Origin: the human T2T-CHM13v2.0 reference genome, Homo sapiens
Strand: one strand, 5' to 3'
Length of the DNA: 64,000 nucleotides
Assembly (NCBI RefSeq): GCF_009914755.1
Contig: NC_060940.1
A model generated the notes under the pieces. The model was not told where the DNA came from and made no database searches. It was given only the letters and a program-made list of their open reading frames with translations. Positions 55,001-64,000 of this stretch are shown piece by piece. The position numbers and the translations under genes were made by a program. Position 1 is the stretch's first letter. Every line of letters starts with the position of its first letter.

Positions 55001-58000
55001 TCAATCCTTCTATTCGATTCCATTTGATGATGATTCCATCTGAATCCATTCTCCGATTCCATTCGATTTCATTCGATGCTTCTATTTGATTTCATTCGAA
55101 GATGATTCCTTTCAATTCCGTTCATTAATTCCATTTGATTCCATTCGATGATGATTCCATCCGATTCCATTGGATGATGATTCCATTCGAGTCCATTCGA
55201 TGATTCCGTTCTAATCCATTCTATGATTCCATTCGAGTCCATTCGATGATTCCATTCGATTCCATTCAGTGATGATTCCATTTGATTCCATCTGATGATG
55301 ATTTCATTTGATTCCATTCGATGATGATTCCATTGGAGTCCATTGAATGATTCAATTCAATTCCATTCCATGTGGATTCCATTCGAATTCATTCGATTAT
55401 TCCATTCAAATCCCTTCGTTGATTCCATCTGATTCCACTTGACGATGATTCCATTCAAGTCCAATCGATGATTCCATTCGGTTCCATTCAATGATTCCAT
55501 TCGAGTCCATTTATGTATTATATTCGTGTCCACTTGATGACTCACTCCATTCAATTCCATTTAATGATGATTCCATTTGATTCCATTTGATGATTCAGTT
55601 CGATTCCTTACAATGATTCCCTACGATTCCTTTCTATGATGATTCCATTCGATTCCATTCATTGATGATTCCATTCGACTCCATTCGATGATGATTCCTT
55701 TCGATTCCATTTGACGATGTTTCCATTTGAGTCCATTCGATGATGATTCAATTCAGTTCTGTTCTATTATGAATCCATTCGATTTCATTCAATGCTTCTA
55801 TTTGATTCCATTCGACGATGATTCCATCTCTTTCCCTTCGATGTTTCTATTTGATTCCATTCAGTGATGATTCCATTTGATTCCATCTGATGATGATTTC
55901 ACTTGATTCATTTCAATGATGATTCCATTCAAGTCCATTCGATGATTCCATTGGAGTCCAAACGATCATTCCATTCGATTCCATTCAATGATGATTCCAT
56001 TCATGTCCATTCAATGAATCCTTTCAATTCCATTCGATGATGACTCCATTCGAGTACATTCGATGATTCCATTTGATTCCATTTGATGATGATTACATTC
56101 AATTCCATTCGAAGATGATTCCATTCAATTCCACTTGATGATGATTCCGTATGAATCCATTCGCTGATTATTCCATTCGATTCCATTCATTGACGATTCC
56201 ATTCGATTCCATTCAATGATGATTCTCTTCTATTCCATTCGATGATTCCGGTCGATTCCATTCGATGATGATTCCATTAGATTCCATTCGATTGTTGCAT
56301 TCGATTCCCTTCGATGATGATTCCTTTGAATTCCATTCGATTATGATTCCGTATGAATCCATTTGATGATTATTCCATTGGATTCCTTTCGATGATGATT
56401 CCATTCGATTCCATTTGATGATGTTTCTCATGTATTCCATTTGATAATTCCTTTCAATTCCCTTCGATGATGATTCTTTCGAGTCAATTCGATGATTCTA
56501 TTCCATTCCCTTCGATGATGATTCCATTTCACTCCATTCGATGATTCCATTCGATTCAATTTGGTGATGATTCAATTCGATGACATTCGATGACTCCATT
56601 CAATTTCATTTGATGATGATTACATTCGAGTCCATTTGATGATTGTATTCCTTTCCTTTTGATGATTATTCCATTCGTGTCTATTCAAAGATTCCATTCT
56701 ATTCCATTCAATGATGATTCCAATTGATTCCATTCAATGATTATGGCTATCGATTCCACTCGTTGATTCCATTTGATTCCATTCGATGATTATTCCGTTA
56801 GATTCCATTAGGAGATTCCATTCGATTTTATTCAATGATTCCAATTGATTCCATTCAATGATGATTCCATTTGACTCCATTCAGTGATTCCATTTGAGTC
56901 CATTTGATGATTCCATTCGAGTCCATTTGATGATTCCATTCTTTTCCATTTGATGATGATTCCATTAGGGTCCATTCAATGATTCCATTCGAGTCCATTC
57001 GTTAATGCCTTTCGAGTCCTTTTGATCACTACATTCGAGTCCATTCAATGATTCTATTCGATTCCATTCCATGATGATTCCATTCGAGTTCATTCGATGA
57101 TTGCATTCGAGTCCATTTGATGATTCCATAAGATTCCATTCGACAATGATTCCATTCGTGTCCATTTGATGATTCCATTCATTTCCTATCGATGAAGATT
57201 CCATTCGAGTGTATTCGATGATTCCATTCAAATCCATTCGATGATGATTCCATTCCAGTCCATTCGATCATTCCACTTGATTCCATTTGATGACTATTCC
57301 ATTCAAATCCATTTGATGATTCCATTCGATTCCATTCGATGTTACCATTCCAGTATATACGATGATTCCACTCGATTCCATTTGATGATTATTCCATTGG
57401 AGTCGACTTAGTGAATCCTTTAGATTCTACTCGAAGATGATTCCATTCGAGTCCATTCGATGATACCATTCAATTCCATTCGTTGATGCTTCCATTCAAG
57501 TGCATTCGATGATATCATTCGATTCCATTTGATGATAATTCCATTTGATTCCATGTGATGATTCTATTCCATTCCATTCAATGATAATTCCATTCAATTC
57601 AGTGATTCCTCTGGACTCCATTTGATGATGATTCCATTCAATGATTCCATTCGATTCTATTCGAAAATGATTCCATTTGAATCCATTTGATGATGATTCC
57701 ATTCGATTCCATTTGATGATTCCATTCGATTCCATTCGACGATGATTCCATTCGATTCCATTTGATGATTCCATTCTATTCTATTCGATGATGATTCCAT
57801 TCGATTCCATTCGATGATGATTGGATTCGATTCCATTTGATGATTTCATTTGATTCCATTCGATGATGATTTCGATCAATTCCATTCGATGATTCCATTC
57901 GATTCCATTTGATAATGATTACATCCGAGTCCATTCGATGATTCCATTTGAGCCCGTTCGATAATTCCATTTGAGTCCAATCAATGATTCCATTCATTTC

Positions 58001-60925
58001 CATTCAATGATTCCATTCGAGTCCATTTGATCATTCCGGTAGGGTCCGTTCGATGTTGATTCCATTGGAGTGCATTCGATGATTCCATTCGAGTCCATTT
58101 TAGGATTTGATTCGAGTCCTTTCGATGATTCCATTCGATTCCACTCGATGCGATGATGATTTCATTCGAGTCCATTCGACACTTCCAATCGATTCCATTT
58201 GATGTTTCCATTCGAGTCCAATTGATGATTCCATTCAATTCCATTCGATGATGATTCCGTACGATTCCATTCTGTGATGATTCCATGTGATTGCATTCAA
58301 TGATGATTCCTTTCGATTGCAATCGATTATGATTCATTTCGTGTTCATTCTATGGTTCCACAGGTTTCACATCGTGTCCATTCCATTATTCCATTCTATT
58401 CCATTTGATGATGATTCCATTCGATTCCATTCATTGGTGATTCCACTCAATTCCATTCAATGATTCCATTCCATTTCTTTCAACAATGATTCCATTAGTT
58501 TCTAATCGATGATCCACTTGATTCCATTTGACGATGATTCCATTCTTGTCCATTCGATGATTCCATTTGATTCCATATGATGATGATTCCATTCGATTCC
58601 ATACGATGATGATTCCATTCGAGTCCATTCAATGGTGATTCCATTCAATTCCATTCGATGATTCCTTTCGATTCCATTTGATGATGATGGCATTCGATTC
58701 CTTTCAATCATTCCCTTTGATTCCACTCAAAGGTGATTTCATTCAAGTCCATTCGATAATTGCATTCGATTCCATTCTATGATGATTCCATTCGAGTCCA
58801 TTTGATGATTCCATTCAATTCAAGTCAATGATGATTCCATTCGATTCCATTCGATGATTCCATTGGATTCCATTCGATGATGATTCCATTCAAATCCATT
58901 CGATAATTCAATTCACGTCCATTCGATGATGATTCCAATCGAATCCATTCAAAGATTCCATTCAATTCCATTCGATGATTCCCTTAGATTCCATTCGATG
59001 ATTCCACTTGATTCCATTTACGATGATTCCATTCGATTCCATGTGATGATTCCATTCAATTCTATTCAATGATGTTTCCATTTGATTCCATTCGACCATG
59101 ATTGCCTTTGATTCCATTCAATGATTCCATTCGGTTCCGTTTGATGATGATTCCGTTCGATTCCATTTGATGATTCCATTTGATTCCATTGGATGAGTCC
59201 ATTCGATTACATTCGATGATTATTCCATTCGAGTGCATTAGATGATTCCATTCGAGTCCATTCGATGATTCCATTCGAGTCCATTCGATGATTCCATTCG
59301 ATTCCATTCGATGTTGATTCTGTTCAAATCCATTCGATGATTCCACTCGATTCCATTCGATGACTCCATTTGATCCCATTCGATGATTTCCTTTGATTCC
59401 CTTTGATGATCATTCCATTTGATTCAATTCGGTGATTTCATTTGATTCCATTCAGTGATGTTTCCATTCGACTCCATTCGATGATGATTCCATTCGACTC
59501 CATTCGATTATGATTTCATTCAATTCCATTCGATAAAGATTCCCTTCGAGTCCAATCGATGATTCCATTCGATTCCATTCAACGATGATTTGATTCGTGT
59601 CCATTCGATGATTCCATTTGATTCCACTTGATGATGATTCCATTCGAGTCCATTTGATGATTCCATTCAATTCCATTCTCCGATGATTTCTTTTGAGCCC
59701 ATTCAATGCTTCCACTCGATTACATATGATGATGACTCCATTCGATGAAACTCGATGATGATTCCATTCGCTTGCATTCGATGATGGTTCCACTTGAGTC
59801 CGTTAGAAGTTTCTATTCAATTACATTCCATGACGATTCCGTTCGAGTCCATTTGATGATTCCATTACACTCCATTCGACAATGATTCCATTCAATGTTA
59901 TTCGATGATTCCATTCGATCTCATTCGATGATGATTCCATTCAACTCCATTCGATGTTTCCATTCGAGTTCATTCTATTATTCCATTAGATTCCATTCGA
60001 TGATGATTCCATTCGATTCCATTTGATGATTGCATTCTATTTCATTTGATGATGATTCCATTCGAGTCCATTCGATGATTCCATTCGAGTCCATTTAATG
60101 AATCCATTGGTTTCAATTCTATGATGATTACATTGGATTCCATTCGTTGATGATTTCATTCGATTCCATTCAATGATGATTCCATTCAATTCCATTCAAT
60201 GATTCCATTCAATTCCATACGATGATGATTCCATTTGATTTGATTCGACAGTGAGCCATTCGATTCAATTCCATGATGATACTATTTGATTCACTTGGTT
60301 GACATTTCCATTCGATTCCATTCGATGATGATTCCATTTGATTCCATTCAAAGATGATTCCATTCTAGCCCATTCAATCATTCCATTCGATTCTATTCAA
60401 TGATGATTCCATTCATGTCGATTTGGTGATTCCATTTGACTTCATTTGATGATGATTCCTTTCAAGTTCATTAGATGATTCCATTCGATTCCATTTGATG
60501 ATGATCCCATTCGAGTCCATTCAGTGATTCCACTCGTTTCCATTCCATGATGATTCCATTCCATTCCATTCAATGATTCCATTCGATTCCGTTTGATGAT
60601 GATTTCATTCGAGTCCATTTGATGATTCCATTTGATTCCATTCGATGATGATTCCATTCGAGTCCATTCGATGATTCTATTCGAATCCATTTGATGATTT
60701 CTTTTGATTATATTTGGTGATGATTCCATTGGAGTCCATTCAATGATTCCATTCGATTCCAATCGATGGTGGTTCCATTAGAGTCCATTTAATGATTCCA
60801 TTTGATTCCAGTCTCTGATGTTTACATTCGAGTCCATACGATGATTCCACTCAATTCCATATGATGATGATTCCATTCGATTCCATTCGATGATTCCATT
60901 CTATTCTATTCAATGGTGATTCCAT
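49097..60925 (+). repeat. Long unit U, copy 2 (11,829 bp)
   Basis: Lies between marker starts 49097 and 60926. ORF offsets to the next copy are 11829-11833 (49460->61289, 50957->62790). Confidence 0.9.
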
Positions 60926-63900
60926 TCGAGTACATTAGATGATTCCATTCGATTCCATTCAATGATGATTCTATTTGTGTCCCTTAGATGATTCCACATG
61001 ATTCCATTAGATGATGATACTACTTGAGCCCATCCAATCATTCCCTTCGATTCCATTCGATGAGGATTCCATTCGATTCAATTCATTGGTGATTCTATTC
61101 AATTCAATTCTTTGATTCCATTCCATTCCATTCGACAATGATTCCATTCGATTTCTTTCGATGATTCCACTCGATTCCACTTGACATTGATTCCCTTCGA
61201 TTCCATTCAATGATTCCATTTGATTCCAGTGGATGATGATTGCCATCGATTCCATTTGATCACTCCATTCTATTCCATTTGATGATGATTACATTCGATT
61301 CCATTTGATGATTCCATCTGATTCTATTCGAGGATTCCATTTGATTCCATTCGATGATGATTCCATTCGAGTCCATTCGATGATTTCATTCGAGTACATC
61401 CAATGATTCCATTCGAGTCCATTTGATGATTCCATTTCATTCCATTTGATTATGATTCTACTAGAGTCCATTCAATGACTCCATTCGAGTCCATTCAACA
61501 ATTCCATCCGAGTCCATTCGATGATTCCATTCGATTCCATTTGATGATTCCATTCGAGTCCATTTAATCATTACAGTCGAGTCCATTTGGTGATTCCACT
61601 GGATTTCTTTTGATAATGATACCATTCAATTACATTTGATGATGATCCCATTCAATTTCATTTGATGATGATTCCATTAGAGTCCATTCCATGATTTCAT
61701 TCGAGTCCCTTCATTGATTCCATCCGATTTCATTTCATGATGACTCCATTCGAGTCCATTCGATGATTCCACTCGATTCCATTAGATGATTCCATTGGAG
61801 TCCATTTGATTGTTCCATTCGATTCCATTCGATTCCTTTCGAAGATTATTCCATTTGAGTCCATTCGATGATGATTCCATTCCATTCCATTCGATGATTC
61901 CGTTTGATTCCATTCGATGATTCCCTGCGATTCCTTTCTATGATGATTCCATTCCATTCCATTCAATGATTCCATTCGAATCTATTCCATGATGATTCCT
62001 TTCGATTCCATTCGCTGATGTTTCCGTTCAATTCCATTCGATGATGATTCCATTCGATTCCATTCATTGAGGATTCCATTTGATTCCATTCAATGATGAT
62101 TCCATTCTATTCCATTCAATGATTGCATTCAATTCCATTCAATGATTATGCCATTAGAGTAAATTCAACGATTCCATTCAATACCATTCGATGATGATTC
62201 CTTTTGAGTCCATTCAATGATTTCATTCAAGTCCATTTGATGATTCCTTTCAATTCCATTCCATGATGATTCCATTCGAGTCCATTCGATGATTCCATTC
62301 GATTGCATTCGATGATTCCATTATATTCCATTCAACGATGATTCCATTCGAGTCCATTCGATGATTCCATTAGAGTACATTTAATGATTGCTTTGTTTTC
62401 AATTCGAAGATGATTACATTGGATTCCATTCTATGATTCCATTCGATTCCATTCATTGATGATTCCACCCAATTCCATTCGATGATGATTCCATTCGATT
62501 TCATTCAATGATTCTACTCGATTCCATTCAATGATGATTCAATTCTATTCCGTTTGATGATTCCATTAGATTCCATTCTATGATGATTCCATTCGAGTCC
62601 ATTCGAAGATTTCATTCGATTACATTCCATGACGATTCCATTCGAGTCCATTCGATGATTCCATTTGAATCCATTCGACGATGATTCCATTTGATGCTAT
62701 TCGATGATTCCATTGGATTCCATTCGATGATGATTCCATTCGACTTGATTTGATGTTTCTATTTGAGTCCATTCGGTTATTTTATTAGACTACATTCGAT
62801 GATGATTCCATTCGATGCCATTCAATGATTCCATTTGATTCCACTCAATGATGATTGCATTCGTGTCCATTCGATGATTCCATTTGGTTCCATTTGATGA
62901 TGATTCCATTCGAGTCCATTCGATGATACCATTCAATTCCATTCGATGATCATTCCATTCGAATCCATTTGATGATTCCACTCAATTCCATTTGATGACT
63001 CCTTTCATTCCCATTCGATGATTCCCTTCAGTTCCAATTGGATGATCTTTCCATTTGATTCAATATGGTGACTCCATTCTATTATATTCAATGATGATTC
63101 CATTCGACTCCATTAGATGATGACTCCATTCCATTCCATTCGATTGTGATTTCATTCGATTCCATTCGAAGATGATTCCATTCGAGTCCATTTGATGATT
63201 CCATTCGATTCCATTCAATGATGATTCCACTCAAATCCATTGGATGATTCCATTCGTTTCCAATTGGTGATTTCATTAGATTCCATTCGAGGATGATTCT
63301 ATTCGAGTCCATTCAATGATTCCATTGGATTCCGTTTGATAATGATTCCATTAGAGTTCATTCGATGATTCCCTTCGAGTCCATTCGATTATTTCTTTTG
63401 ATTCCATTTGATGATGATTCCATTCGATTCCATTCAATGATTCCATTCCATTCCATTCGATGATGATTCCATTCGATAATGATTACATTCGAGCCCATGT
63501 GATGATTCCATTAGATTCTATTCAATGATGATTCCATTCGACCACATTCGATGATGGCATTCGAGTCCATTCGATGATTTCACTCGATTCCACTTGATGA
63601 TGATTCCTTTTGAGTCCATTTGATGATTACATTCGAGTCCATGAGATGACTCCATTCGATTCCATTTCATGATGATGCAATTCGAGGCTATTCGATCATC
63701 CCACTTTAGTGCATTCGGTGATTCTCTTTTATTACATTCGATGAGGGCTCCATTCGAGTCCATTCAATGATTCCATTAGATTCCACTCGATGATGATTCC
63801 ATTTGAGTCCATTCAAAGATTCCTTTCGAGTCCATTCGATAATTCTATTGGATTCCACTAGGTGATGATTCCTTTCGAGTCAATTCGATGATTCCTTTCA

Positions 63901-64000
63901 AGTGCCTTCAATGATTCCATTCGATTCCATTCGATGACGATTCATTTCAAGTCCATTCAATGGTTCCATTCTGTTGAATTTGATGGTTCCATTTGATTCC
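60926..64000 (+). repeat. Long unit U, copy 3 (partial, truncated by the window end)
   Basis: Block A is followed by block B (ORFs 62790, 63088 and 63518 are identical to 50957, 51255 and 51685). U therefore follows U directly here, instead of X. Confidence 0.9.

Larger units (their letters stand above)
35481..60925 (+). repeat. 25.3-kb super-repeat (X+Y+U), copy 2 (25,445 bp)
   Basis: Same block order as 10187-35480. The length differs by -1, +124, +5 and +23 bp indels (net +151). Confidence 0.93.
1..64000 (+). repeat. Human satellite 2 (HSat2/HSATII)-type tandem array, CATTC strand on +; continues beyond both window edges
   Basis: Every line consists of diverged CATTC repeats with the HSat2 hallmarks ATTCCATTCG followed by (ATG)1-2, and CATTCGAGTC variants. 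TaqI (TCGA) and HinfI (GANTC) sites are dense. There are no long pure (CATTC)n runs of the HSat3 kind and no 171-bp alphoid monomer. Confidence 0.97.

Noticed and set aside
82-63763. About 150 minus-strand ORFs of 60-193 aa rich in MESSNGIEWNHH-like peptides
   Set aside because: They are direct translations of GAATGGAATC(ATC)n, which supplies many ATGs and few stops. They overlap in several frames, are low-complexity, and are broken by indels between copies. There is no domain or gene-structure evidence. I used them only as alignment markers.
1-64000. CRISPR-like or prokaryotic repeat system suggested by the 23-26-bp repeats
   Set aside because: The repeats are contiguous and degenerate, with no unique spacers, leader or cas genes. 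The sequence is primate satellite.
1-64000. HSat3, alpha satellite or telomeric repeat
   Set aside because: CATTCGATGATG and CATTCGAGTC motifs dominate rather than pure CATTC runs. I saw no 171-bp monomer, CENP-B box or TTAGGG tract.
1-64000. Assignment to a specific chromosome, HSat2 subfamily or species
   Set aside because: This needs k-mer comparison with reference arrays and cannot be supported by eye.

Overview
The whole 64-kb window is one uninterrupted pericentromeric satellite array of the Human Satellite 2 (HSat2/HSATII) type, from human or a closely related ape. It is built from 10/13/16-bp CATTC-derived blocks (CATTCGATTC, CATTCGATGATTC, CATTCGATGATGATTC) that form 23/26-bp monomers, with the CATTC strand on + throughout. 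I see no genes, RNA genes, transposons, CRISPR array or inversion. The roughly 150 listed ORFs are translation by-products of the repeat, and I found no evidence of a novel coding system. The real structure is a nested higher-order organisation. A marker block (TCGAGTACATTAGATG...) starts at 1, 10187, 20180, 23804, 35481, 45473, 49097 and 60926, giving units of 10186, 9993, 3624, 11677, 9992, 3624 and 11829 bp. Three unit types, X (~10 kb), Y (3.6 kb) and U (~11.8 kb), form a ~25.3-kb super-repeat (X+Y+U) present twice. Several rearrangement breakpoints can be mapped, and they imply a hidden 6,131-bp progenitor unit. All alignments were done by eye with help from ORF-track offsets, so breakpoints are approximate to within a monomer and SNP lists are incomplete.
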